Positions 23,460-35,228 of a stretch of DNA of 64,000 nucleotides are shown one piece after another. Positions within the stretch are counted from its first letter, which is position 1. Each line of letters starts with the position of its first letter. The notes beneath the pieces were generated by a model. The model saw nothing but the letters and a program-made list of their open reading frames with translations. It was not told where the DNA came from and did not search any database. Position numbers and translations under genes: made by a program. Source of the DNA: Camelus dromedarius (lineage: Eukaryota); assembly GCF_036321535.1 (NCBI RefSeq), contig NC_087436.1:41294001-41358000 (forward strand), read 5' to 3'.

Positions 23460-24199
23460 GAAAGGGAAGAGCAAGAGAAAACCCCAGTCCCTGGTTGTGA
23501 TTTGTAGTAGAATCTTCCAATCAGTTTTTGAAAATCATTTTGGACCATCACTAACTTTCAAAATTTAAGATAACATGCTATAATGAAAACACAAGATGAT
23601 CCTTATCCTTCTCCAAATGTGAAACCCCAAGCTAGTGATAAAAACAAAAGCAAAAAACATGTATATGTAACATGGATAAAGAGAAATTATGAATACATTA
23701 AAGCTCAATTTTCTTAGAGAATACTTGCTCTAATATTTTTACCCCTTTGATATTATTTTTGATAAATACTTTGTGTTACACTTTGATGTAAAAGTCTTAC
23801 AAGTTTTTGTTATTTAAGTAATCATATTTATAGGCTAAATCATTGTTTGCATATATTTTTAACATGTGATTCAAGCAAACAACTTTCTATGCAACTGATT
23901 AACTCATCTAGGTTTGAGATGCTTCGTACTTACTAAAATATTTAAATGGAATACATACGAAGTATTTTTGTACTTTTAAAATTTTCTTTTTAAGTATGCC
24001 CTTTGGTTTTGAAGAGTAGTAATGATAGTCACAACAACCAATGCTTAAATGTTAGGATTCTAATTATTATTTTATTCTTTACTGTGTTTTCTCTTCTAAG
24101 TTTGAACTCAAAATGTAGACTGGTATTCATTTATTTTCTTTCAAGGTATCTGTATGATCAAATCTTCACAAGTGTGTATTTCCTAGCAACTGAAGATTT

Positions 24200-24410
24200 A
24201 CTAATTAATTTATTTAAAACATACTGAATTTATATTAAATGACAAGAGATATAATGGAGAACAAAATAAGGTCTCCACCCTCATGAAGCTTAAATTACAA
24301 CAGAGAAAAAGACTGAGAATACAAATAAGAAAATTAACATAAATTTAATATCATGTATTAATATCATGTGTTCTAGGAGTATAATGAGGCAAGATAAGGA
24401 AATAGAAAAT
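24200..24410 (-). mobile_element. L2 3' end fragment
   Basis: GAACAAAATAAGGTCTCCACCCTCATGAAGCTTA pattern. Confidence 0.65.
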
Positions 24411-24529
24411 TATAAAATTTTTTTGTAGATAACTCAAAAACTCAAAAGCGCAAACATATTAATTTTTTTTTTTTTAAATGAAGACTACAAAGAAGACTTC
24501 CATTCACTGAAGGATACTATTGACAAAGC

Positions 24530-25250
24530 TGGGAATGTAGTTTGGTGCAGCCATTATGGAAAACAGTATGGAGATTCCACAAAAAACTAAAAATAGACTT
24601 ACCCTATGATCCAGCAATCCCACTCCTGGGCATATATCCAGAGGGAGCTCTAATTCAAAAAGATACAAGCACCTCAGTGTTCACAGCAGTACTATTTACA
24701 ATAGCCATAACATGGAAACAACCTAAATGTCCATCAACAGATGACTGGATAAAGAAGTTGCGGTAGATTTATACAACAGAATACTACTCAGCTATTAAAG
24801 AGAATAAGATAATGCCACATTCAGCAACATGGATGGACCTGGAGACCATCATTCTGAGTGATATAAGCCAGAAAGAGAAAGAAAAATATCCTTTGATATC
24901 ACTTTAGTGGAATCTAAAAAAAGGAAAAAAGAAGACACTAAGGAATTTACCTACAAAACAGAAACAGAGTCACAGATATAGGAAACAATCTTATGGTTAC
25001 CAATGTGTAATGTGGGGATAGGAAGGGATAAATTGGGAGTTCAAGATTTGCATATATTAGCTAGTTTATATAAAATAGATAAATTAAGTTTTGCCTGTAT
25101 AGCAAAGGAAATTATATTCAATATATTGTAGTAACCTATAATGAAAAAATTATTAAAACAAATATATGTATATATGTATGGCTGAAACATTTTGCTGTAC
25201 ACCAGAAATTGACACATTGTAAACTGAGTATACTTCAATTAAAAAAAAAA
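24530..25250 (+). mobile_element. Young 5'-truncated L1 (ORF2 C-terminus, 3' UTR, poly-A)
   Basis: ORF 24542-24766 VQPLWKTVWRFHKKLKIDLPYDPAIPLLGIYP...WKQPKCPSTDDWIKK matches the L1 ORF2 C-terminal region; A10 tail. Confidence 0.95.
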
Positions 25251-25595
25251 GACTACACAGAAAATTTTTGAATTAAATTAAATTAAAAAACGGTTTGAGG
25301 TTGTGGATTTGCTAATTTTCTGCAAGAGGTGGTTAAAAGCAGATTAAATCCCCATTTGATCAGTGTCCTCCCTTGTACCAGAAGAAAAGCAACATTCTTA
25401 TCTTCCTTCTTCCTGCTGCTTACGCAGGCTGCAAGAGTGTTCTGTGCTTGAGAGCTTCCCCTTCAGGGCTTCCCGAGTCCATTTTAAAATGTGGTTTTCC
25501 TTTACTTACTTTCATAGAGGTTATCTACGTGTCCACACCTAATATAATAATTCTCCTAGTAGATAAATTAGGTGCCACACCTAATGTTTGAATGC

Positions 25596-26066
25596 TGACA
25601 AAGTCTGCCCTTGACCAAACTCTACCCAGGCTCCTTTGAGTTCTTTCTCAACTCTTCCTCAGCTTTAGACTTTTGTGTTCATTTCTGCATTGTTCAATTT
25701 TAGCAAGAATCATGCTAAGTCAGTTTAGCAGAAGCCCCCATCCTTCATATCTGATCACCCTCAATATCTAACTGGATTCCTAATCCTCCACTACTCTCCA
25801 GGTAGTATCCTGCCTTCAGCAGGAATCCTGTTAGATTGGTTTAGCCAATACATACCTTTACCTCTGATGGTTCTTCTCAGTAATTTTCAGTCCATTTACC
25901 CTCACTCATAGCATCTTGGCTATAAATTCCCACTCTTCCTGGTATTTGGAGTTGAGCCCAAACTCTCTCATTCATGGCAGTGGTGCCTACACCTATCACA
26001 ATACTCCACTTTGAATAAAGTCTGTTTTATCATCTTTACAAGTATCATGAATTTTTTTGTTGAACA
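25596..26066 (+). mobile_element. ERV1 solo LTR (MER31-like)
   Basis: TG...CA termini, start TGACAAAGTCTGCCCTTGACCAAACT, TATAAA and AATAAA inside, perfect 4-bp TSD ATGC (25592-25595, 26067-26070). Confidence 0.9.
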
Positions 26067-26070
26067 ATGC

Positions 26071-26340
26071 TGTGAAATACTAATTGACAACTAGAAGTAA
26101 TGGACATAAAACTACATGGATGGACATAAAACAGTGCCAAGTGGGAAGAAAAAAACCTTAAAAAATAGTTATTTTATGATTCCATTTATATAAATTAAAG
26201 ACAACAGCCACATGTTGTACAAAACATATACACTCAAAAGTATAACTACCAAAAGCATTAGAATGGTTGCCTAGGATGGTAAAGGGTGAGATGGAAACAG
26301 GAAACAGGACAAAGGAAATACATATTTTTTAAAGGAGGAA
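26071..26340 (+). mobile_element. L1ME-type 3' fragment
   Basis: TATGATTCCATTTATATAAATTAAAG...CATTAGAATGGTTGCCTAGG. Confidence 0.55.
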
Positions 26341-26683
26341 GTGGTATGTTGACGATAAACCACTTGGCCTAAAGTGAGAAATAGTAATGCATCCTTCTGC
26401 CCTTGATGAAGAAAAAAATGAAAATATGTTTTTCTGAAATAATTAAAACACTTGCTTAAGTTAATCACAATCATACATATTCAAATTATATCTTACATTT
26501 GGACTATCATAATTGTGCCTCTTTACATCCATTTAGAATTGCAGACTTTTAAAAATGGGATGACATTTATGGAGATGAAAATGAAATGTTGTCATTATCA
26601 TACTTTCCAATAGGTAATTGAATAATCTAAAAATGGCAATTAGCATTTTATCTGAACCTATGATTATTTATTAATGTTAACAG

Positions 26684-27067
26684 TGCTAACAAACAAGATG
26701 ACATATCCAAAATGGAGTCATTTATGCTAAACCCCATGTCCTCAAACCGAGACTTCACTTAATTACAGTTCTCACTCTCCTGTAAATGGAATCTTGAAGC
26801 AGTCAATCAGGAATCACCCAATCAGCAGTAGTTAGGTAATCTACCTGATACACCCCTGCTATCCCCTAAATGAAAGTAACCTTGAAATAACCAATCCTCT
26901 TTTTTGCCTAGTATAATTGTCTTCTCGCTTCCTCTTGTCTATAAAAATCTCATTTGTGTAGCTCCTCAGAGTTTCTGTCTGCCTGGATGGATACTGCTGG
27001 ATTTGAATTGATTTTTGTTTATATAAACTCTTAAAATTTTTAATATGCCTCAGTTAATCATTTAACA
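26684..27067 (+). mobile_element. ERV1-class 5' LTR
   Basis: TG...TTTAACA; AAAATGGAGTCATTTATGCTAAACCCC, CCAAT boxes, CTATAAAA; followed directly by a PBS-like sequence. Confidence 0.8.
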
Positions 27068-27071
27068 GTTC

Positions 27072-27089
27072 TGATGTTAGAAGAGAGAA
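27072..27089 (+). promoter_or_regulatory. Degenerate primer-binding site (tRNA-Leu-like)
   Basis: TGATGTTAGAAGAGAGAA vs the Leu PBS TGGTGTCAGAAGTGGGAT, 4 nt after the LTR end. Confidence 0.55.
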
Positions 27090-28120
27090 CCGAAGGAGAT
27101 CCCAGACACCCCAGACAAGCAGGGAGTGGACGTACCTGTTAAGCCCCTTGAGTTCACTGCTTTATCCCTGCCCCCGAGCTGGTGGGTCAGTCCCTCTCAG
27201 TTCCTGGCACCAGAGTTTTTGCACTATGAACTTTCAGACTTTATTTGAGCACTCCCCCACTCCCCAGACTGGGTCTGGAAACCACCAAAGTCAAACTGGG
27301 TCTAACTTAAAGCCAGAATGGATCCATGAACTGGCTCTGACTCAAGTTGGACTGCACCAAAGTGAAGTCTCAGGTGAAAGCCTGAGCAAGTACGTTAATC
27401 TTACAAAGATAATCTTGAACAGAAGTAGCCACAGTGGAAAATTTTAACCTAGATAAGCTTGCCCATTTATGAAGTACCCTAGAAAAAAAGGGATCTTAAA
27501 GTATTCACCATAAAATGTAGAGTGAAAATTATTTTTCCTCCTCTATAGTTTCTGGTGACCAGGATGAGACCTACTAGGACACTCCACTCTTCAGAGCCTG
27601 CAGACCGCATCCTGGGAAAACTGGCAGAAGCCAATAAAGAATGAGAATTCTTATCAAACTCAGCTCTGCCAGAGTTCTTTCTCGGGGCCTGGTCTAGAGA
27701 GAAAGTTAAAATTTCACTTTGTCCTTCCCTTTCCAAATTCAGATTTACTGTCTGTCCTGGCTGAAACCTGACAAGATATTCAAAAGGATATTTCTGTTTT
27801 GTTTTGTAAGTAGCTCTGTGGTCAGAAGTGGCCAAACTAGAAGCTGATAATTCAAAACCTGGTATTGGAACTTTTTTAGATCTTCTCTCCTAAACTAAAA
27901 TTAAAATTTGTAGTCAAAAAGAAATAAAATCTTTCTGAAGCTTCTGTGGAAGGATTACACTTTCCAAAGACATACATCTCTAAGTCTAGAACATAGGAAT
28001 CTTTTGAATTCCATGGCAGTTGAAGATTTTTATCCCAATACAAAGAAGTAAACTGAGGGTAATATAGCTTCATGAGTGTTTCTGCTTCTTGACAGCCTTC
28101 AGGTTGCAACCTGATTCTTC

Positions 28121-28671
28121 TGTTAGGTAGTTAGATAAGTGGGGGCACCAGGCTGATAGGTGGAAGAGAGGGAAGATGGGCCAGAAGATGGCATTATGCC
28201 TGCCTCCAGCATAAAGGGGCTTTAGTTCTTCTAAATGAGTGCCAGCAAGAAACCATTTAGAACTCAACAGCAGCAACTGCTTGGTAGTGAGGACTTAATC
28301 AGACATAACCCAGTGCTTACTGTAATATAATGCTATTGCGGTTTAGCCTCCCCCCGACCCCCATGGGTTTTTCTGTGTGCACCATGGGTAAGGACATGTT
28401 CAAAGGGAACAAACATGACTAGGCATTCCAGGGACAAAAGCCGTCAATGAATCAAAAGACCACCTTTAAGCAAGGGTATAAGAGAAAGAGCAAAGACCAC
28501 GGCTACCCTTCCTTGGATCAGCCCGCCTCCCATTCCTGGAGGTATATTTTTCCTTTTCTAAATAAATCCTTTAAAATCTTTCACTACACAACACACTGTC
28601 ACCTGTCTGAAATCTTATCTTTCGGATATGACAAGAACGGGGGTCTTTTCCCTTTCCCTTTTGTAGTAACA
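28121..28671 (+). mobile_element. Solo LTR nested in ERV internal region
   Basis: TGTTAGGTAGTTAG...GTAGTAACA (TGTTA/TAACA inverted termini), TATAAG and AATAAA inside, TSD CTTC/CTTT; higher GC and retained CpGs suggest a younger element. Confidence 0.85.
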
Positions 28672-28899
28672 CTTTGAGGAAGTAAAAAACAACTGCATTT
28701 GTTTTATAAATCAAGTCTTAAAACAGAAATGTAGCTCTAGAAACAATTCAAAGGCTACTTATGCTTTTTACCAGTTTCAAAATCTCCCCTTATTCATCTC
28801 AAAAGACTTGGAATTATTATAAACATCTGGACTTAGGGAATAAAAATTTCACCTTCTTGGTGAAATCTGAATTTTTTTTCTGTGATTTTAAGATGTATT

Positions 28900-29256
28900 T
28901 GTGAAAAAAATTAATAAACAGAAACCTCAATCAGAGTCTGAGTATCAAAACTCTCTCTCTCCCTGTGATGACAGCAGAGCCCAACAGGAAGAAGAAAGAC
29001 CCCTCTTATTTCCTGGCAACAATTTGGCCAAGAAAAGCCATGGACTCTTTTTTTGTTTGCATTTTTTTTTTTTTTTTTTTTTTTTACTACAGCCATCCCA
29101 CCTTCCTTTTCCTTCTATTAAAATGTTCTCCTTCCCTTCCCCTTTAGAAACTTGATTTTCATGGCTGCAGACCCCAAATTGCTATTCTCTGCTAATCCCA
29201 AATAAACCCATCTTTGCTGTGGAAGTATCTGGCACTCTATTTGTTTTAGGTAAACA
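28900..29256 (+). mobile_element. Second nested solo LTR (MER34-like ERV1)
   Basis: TG...CA; CCCAAATAAACCCATCTTTGCTG...TTTGTTTTAGGTAAACA 3' end; perfect TSD TATT (28896-28899, 29257-29260). Confidence 0.85.
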
Positions 29257-30029
29257 TATTCTATCTGGCTTTCTCTAGGAACAAAGGTAATTCTTATCAG
29301 AAGGAAAAATAAATAGGCAATTTTGAAAATCAGGACTAAGAAAGAACTTAAAATGTCTGTTTCACAAATATTAATGAAAAGCTTTAGCCCATTTGAGCAG
29401 GTAACCTTAAATTATTCCTTCCGCCAGAAACACAATTCAGATATAACTGTTCTTTTATAAACTTGTGAGTTTTGCATTGTCATACACATCTCATTGCTAA
29501 AATTTTAAAACAAAAGCTATAAATCTCTATTTGTGTCTGCCTGTATGTCTATGTATGTCTATCTATGTATGTTACAAATGTGTGATATTTTTCTACCTCT
29601 GAGTGGAATTACCAAAGTTCATTCATTCAAGAGATCTATTTAATTGGCTTCCCTCAAAAGCATTACATAAATCAAGTCTACTCTCAGAAATATGAAAACT
29701 AATCTAAATGTTTTTCAAGTTCACCTGATCTAGGATACTATTAGATAAATAAAAGCTAGTTTAAGTTTCCTGGTTTAATTAAAATAAGCATATCTTTAGA
29801 GCTATCAATATTAAATACAATGCAGGCATACAACTTTTATTGTACTTAGGCTTTAAAAAGTCAAATAAGCTCATACTATCTCTGTTACAGGATTTGTCAA
29901 CAGAAAATAGCTTAAGATGATGGTTACCTGTTTAATGTCCTTATTTCATAAAGTAATTTTACAAAAGGAAAATAAAGTGTATATATTTACCCCCACACCT
30001 AGCATTTCTGGTGAAATACATTTTAAAAA

Positions 30030-31765
30030 TTTGTTTCATATGTTGTCATTTTTCTTTGCCATAAGAAATTATTTTATATTTATTTACATTGTATTTGTCT
30101 ACTGGAGAAAAACCCCATCCGCTGTTTTTTGTTTGTTTGTTTTTACTTCATTACTGAAAGATCTTTCCAGGGTATGGAATTCTAATTTGGAGAGGTTCCC
30201 TCCTTGACTCCCAACTCTTTTTTTTTTCAGTTTGTTAAATAAATTTATAAATATATTGTTCCAATATGTTCTGGCTAGCATTGTGTTTGACTAGAAGTTT
30301 GTGACGCTGTTATTGTTGTTTTTAATTCCCTTTGGTAGGCAGGCAATGGATTCGTTTTTTTTTTTCTTTTTCTTTTTTAATTTGAATGCTTTTACAATTT
30401 TCTCCTATATTAATATTTACTGGTTTAGGTTATGGTATTCCTTGCTATAGATGTCTGTTTAATTATCTTGCTTAAATTTGTTAATATTTTAGATATGCAG
30501 ATTATAGTAGTCATCATATTTAGAATATTTTAGGCTATTTTATCTTAAATATTTTTCTGCCTATCAACACCCTTGGGGATGTGATTACATGTATGTCAGA
30601 CTACTTGATATTGTCCTATGGGACACTGAGACCCTGGCTTTATTTATGCATTTATTTACTTTGGACATTTTCTCTCTGTGCGTTAGTGCAGATCATCATT
30701 TTCCAACAGGACTCTGCAATAATAGAAACGTTTTGTAATATGCACTATATAAAGCAGTGTTTCAAAACCACATGTGGTTACTGAGTACCTGAAATATGGC
30801 TTGGTGCAACTAACTCTATCATATTGGAAAGCTCACATTATATATAGATTTGTATGGCTGTGCCTTCATATTTTCTTTTATTTCACAGAGTCCAATATGC
30901 TCATTTAGTAATTTTTAGCCAATTTAGTAATTTTTAAAATAAAGCTTATTGTGTTTTCTATCTTTCAAAGTTCTTTTTAAAATGCTTTTACTACTCTCCT
31001 AATATTTTTCTTTAAATATTTGAAACATATTTATAATAACCTTTAAAAATTGTTGATTAAAACATCACTGCCTTTTCAAGATGTGTTTCTATTGACTAAT
31101 ATTTGTCGTAAGGTTACATTAACCTGATTTTAATACATATCTAGTAATCTTAATGACAGACATTGCCACATTTTGAGTTTCTCATTATGTTGTCTTCTAG
31201 AAGTTTTGAAATATACTTAGGCAGGCAATTAAGCTATTTGAAGAGAAGCTTGATACACTTATGACATTTTTAAATTTGTGGGTACAGATCAGTATTAACC
31301 TTTATTTTTGGACCAGTTTAGTTCTTCTACTACGTTGATCCTTCCGGAAGTCTTTCCTAAAAGTCAAGGAGTATCTTTACTGCACATTGACACCTGAATG
31401 TCTCTGAAACTTGTGTGACATTTTAGAATTTTTTAGTTTACAACACCTCTATATACCTTTGCTGGTCTCAAGGAGTTTCAACTTAATGTTTAGTCCCAGC
31501 AGAGGCAAGGGACTGCATGTTCAGACTTGTGGAGCTCTGTTTGTTATGCATTACTTTTTAATTACTCTGCCCCATGAATTCCAGTTGCCTCAGCCTCCAG
31601 TATTCAAACTCTGTTTATAAACTTAGTTCTCTGCTTGGTTCTGACTGTGCTGCAGTCTATAAAGTGCTTCCAGGCAGACAACAGTGTAATTTTTGGGCAC
31701 CTTGCTTGTTTTTCATTTTTTATGGAATCACAGTCCTCTGTTATCTGTTGCTTGGAAACAATTGA
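30030..31765 (-). mobile_element. Old L1M ORF1/5' region, decayed
   Basis: ACTTCATTACTGAAAGATCTTTCCAGGGTATGGAATTCTA and GATTACATGTATGTCAGACTACTTGATATTGTCC antisense L1. Confidence 0.75.
30700..30815. mobile_element. MER3-like hAT-Charlie fragment
   Basis: CCAACAGGACTCTGCAATAATAGAAACGTT...CCACATGTGGTTACTGAGTACCTGAAATATGGCT. Confidence 0.7.
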
Positions 31766-31879
31766 AACAGGAATATCATGTCACTCTCCAATATGAGGGC
31801 ATACTAAAGTATTATCTAGTATGTACATAGTCAACATTGAAGATACCTGTAGCTATACTCAAACAGGATGAGAGTGAAT

Positions 31880-32720
31880 CACTTTAGACTGTAAGAATAA
31901 TGAACAGAGATAATTATTGATCCTGGCCAATGATATAGTCTATAGATAATGATATAAAGCAAGAATAATGAATTAGTGTCATAAAGATAAAAAGGGAGAA
32001 AATACTGTCATTTATAGGTGAAACAATAACCTACTTAGAGAAGCAAGTGAATGAATAAATAATTACACAGTGTAGCACATATGCTAGCTACAGGCTCAAC
32101 CTACAAAAATCAATAGCAATTTTCTTCTCATGTGATATCTAATTAGAAAATTTAGGAAAAAATATATTTGCAGTAAAGATTGTTTTAAAAAATTTTTATA
32201 CGCAATAATGCAAAATAATTCTACGAAAAATATTTATAATTAAAAAACATATATGGTAAAGTAACTGAATACACTGGAAAATATTCATGATATTTATATA
32301 TAAATTTCATAGAATTATTCTGATATATAGATACAGACAATTCCATAAATAACTTGATTTTTTCAAAGAAGAATAAGAAGTAATTTTTATCTTACAGGCA
32401 TATATATACATGGCTATATATATATAACTACGTACCTACGCGCACACACACACAGATGCACACAGGTTTTACCTGCATACTCACATAATCCGAAGCGATA
32501 ATAATTGAATCAATGAAGTTTTCATGTGAAGGAGACAAATAGAATAATAAAACACTGTCTGGACTATAAACTCAAAGGTAGACTTGTCTATGCTTGATAA
32601 AGGTAACATTACAAATCAATAGGAAAAGAATGAATTATTTAAGATAGCATTAAAACATAATTTGCTCTACAGAAAATAATAAATGTGAATCTCACCTACT
32701 ACAATATACAAGTATAGACT
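31880..32720 (+). mobile_element. Old L1ME ORF2 fragment
   Basis: CAACCTACAAAAATCAATAGC and TGATAAAGGTAACATTACAAATCAATAGGAAAAGAATGAATTATTT. Confidence 0.65.
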
Positions 32721-33147
32721 CACTGACTTTATGTTTATGCAATTGTTAATGTTTCAGCATGTGATTTTTCTAAAATATAATGTTAGACAATCATAGCTTA
32801 ATTTATCTGTGAAAACTTTTTCTTTATAACTTCTAGTTGGTTTTGTTTTTAATTTAGAAGAGAATCAATGTTCACCTAAATAGAAAAGCATGGCATTTGC
32901 AGTGTGAATGTAAAGAATTTTCATGTCAGATGACTTGCCAACTCCTGAAGACAATGCACAAGTTTCAAAATTATTTTTTTCTACTTTCACCTGAGACAGT
33001 GTTAAGCCATAATGCTGCATACTCAAGAACAAAACATGCTGTTCATTGAGATGAATAACAGTATCAGTACAACTGTGAAAAAATCTTTGATAAATAACTG
33101 AGTCATCGCTATTAAATCCTAATATCCAATAACTATTATGTTAATTA

Positions 33148-34144
33148 CAGTTGGCCCTTGAACAACATGGGCTTGAACTGAGTGGGTCTACTCATATGTA
33201 GTGTATTTTCAATAAATATATTGAAATTTTTTTGGAAATCTGCAACAATTTGAAAAAACTCGCAAATTGACTGCATAGCTTAGAAATATCAAAAAATTAA
33301 GAAAAAGGTATGCCATTAATGCATAAAATATATGTAGATACCAATCTATCCTTACATGGGCATAAAGTGACTGATATTTAATATAAATTAATAATGTGTT
33401 AGTTTTCTTAGTGTTTTATAACTTTTTTAAAATAATTGTGTTACCCTACAGTATGCCTCTCTCCCTCTCATAATTGGAGAAAGTGAATGTCATCCTATTA
33501 TCACAGGTAAGTGTTTTTTTTAACATGAAATGTTTCCAATATTGTATTATGAATATGACTGTATTCCTGTATGACATAAAAGTTTTATAATGATTAATTC
33601 ATTAGTGTATAGGGTAGGCTACTCTGAAACATCTATTACAGTAGGCTACCATAAGGCAATCATATTGCTGCTTGTTTGTTATCAACAAATGAATCATTAT
33701 ACCTGTAAATAAATATAAATTTTTTCACATTATCCTTTCACATTATCCTTGATGTCTAATGTTAGTAATACTTATAACACTTATAGTGTTTTATGTCATA
33801 TAAGACAATATTGATGTAGATATTGACAGACAATTCATCCTGTAAACAGCCTGCAAATTTACAAGATCGATAAATACAGTATAGTACTGTAAATGTATTG
33901 TCTCTTCTTTATTATTTTATTAATAACATTTTATTTTTTTCTAGCTTACTTTATTGTAAGAATACACTATATAATACATGTAACATACAAAATATGTGTT
34001 AGTAGTTTCTGTTATCACTAAGGATTTCAGTCAACAGTAGTTGTTACTAGTAGTTAAGTTTTGGGGAGGCCAAAATTTATATATAAATTTTTAAGTGTTT
34101 GGGGATTGGCACTCCTAACTCTCTCATTGTTCAAGTGTCAACTG
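33148..34144 (+). mobile_element. Tigger2-family non-autonomous DNA transposon (TcMar), both ends intact
   Basis: TIRs CAGTTGGCCCTTGAACAA and TTGTTCAAGTGTCAACTG (16/18 complementary), TA on both sides (33146-33147, 34145-34146); no transposase ORF. Confidence 0.95.
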
Positions 34145-34872
34145 TACTTAAAGTAAGCTCATAACTTAATTTTAAATGAAGAAAAGAGAAAATAAAAATG
34201 TGATTTTCTACTTTGTAGAGAATTAATAGTAATTATAGTTTTAGAATGTTCACCTTTCTATTTTTCTTTCTTTTACACTTATATATGTGATGTCTGCTCA
34301 TAGCCTTTCTTGAATAAAATGATTTTCCGAGGTAGAAAATAAGAATAAACAAGTATTAAACATATTTTTGACAGAAAATTAAACATAAAGAAATAAAAAA
34401 AAAACCTTGAGGTTAAGATGACAATAAAACTGCATTTAACCATTATTTTTTCTTAGGAAATGCATTTTAAGTCAATTTCAGAAATACAGTAGATCCTAAG
34501 TGTTTATTACGCTGAAATCAGTATCTTCAAATGACAGAACAAATGAAGATGGTCTTTTAATACATTTGACCTGAATTATTTATTAAGAATTTATAATACA
34601 CAGAAATTTATCTATTTCCCTTGTTACTTACATTTCAACATTTTATACTTCAATTTTTTCTATAAATTTATTTTTTTTAACTTGGAAACGTTTTTATAAT
34701 TTTTTTTCCATGAGAAAAATTAAGGAGATATAAAGGATCATAAGATCAATGGAATATGTGTCAGCTTAAGTAATTAATATATGCAAAAAGTAAAATACTA
34801 TTAACCAATGTCATTCATTCAAAATATATTCAGCATTAACTATATGAAAATCTCTATCATATATTCACATAT

Positions 34873-35045
34873 ACCTGAGACTGACAAACAATGGCCTGTG
34901 GATCAAATCCTGCCCATAACCTGCTTTTGTAAACAAAGCTTTATTGGAACACAGCCACATATATTTGTTTACAAGTTGCCTATGGCTGCTTTTGTGCTAT
35001 AAAACAGAGTTGAACAGCTGTTACCTTATGGTTCACAGTGCCTTT
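34873..35045 (+). mobile_element. MER58A (hAT-Charlie)
   Basis: CCTGCTTTTGTAAACAAAGCTTTATTGGAACACAGCCAC...TATGGCTGCTTTTG. Confidence 0.85.
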
Positions 35046-35084
35046 AAGGGCAAAATTTATTACCTCCAACTTATATTGTTAATT

Positions 35085-35228
35085 ATTCCTTCTTTCCCCA
35101 CTTCCTTCTTTCCTTTGTTCCTTCCTTTCTTTCCTCCCTTTTTCCTCCTTTCCTCCCTCCTTTCTCTCTTTTTCCTTCTTCTTTTCTTTCTTTTTTTCTT
35201 CCTTCTTTCCTTCCTTCCTTCTTTCTTT
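35085..35228. repeat. CT-rich low-complexity polypyrimidine tract
   Basis: Degenerate CCTT/CTTT units. Confidence 0.9.

Larger units (their letters stand above)
27068..29965 (+). mobile_element. Non-coding ERV1 (MER4/MER34-group-like) internal sequence, 3'-truncated
   Basis: Leader after the PBS, then AT-rich MER4-group-like interior (GAGCAGGTAACCTTAA, TTTATAAACTTGTGAGTTTTG, TTTTCAAGTTCAC); no second copy of the LTR seen. Confidence 0.7.

Noticed and set aside
24542..24766. Protein-like 74-aa ORF
   Set aside because: It is the C-terminal part of L1 ORF2 in a truncated insertion, not a host gene
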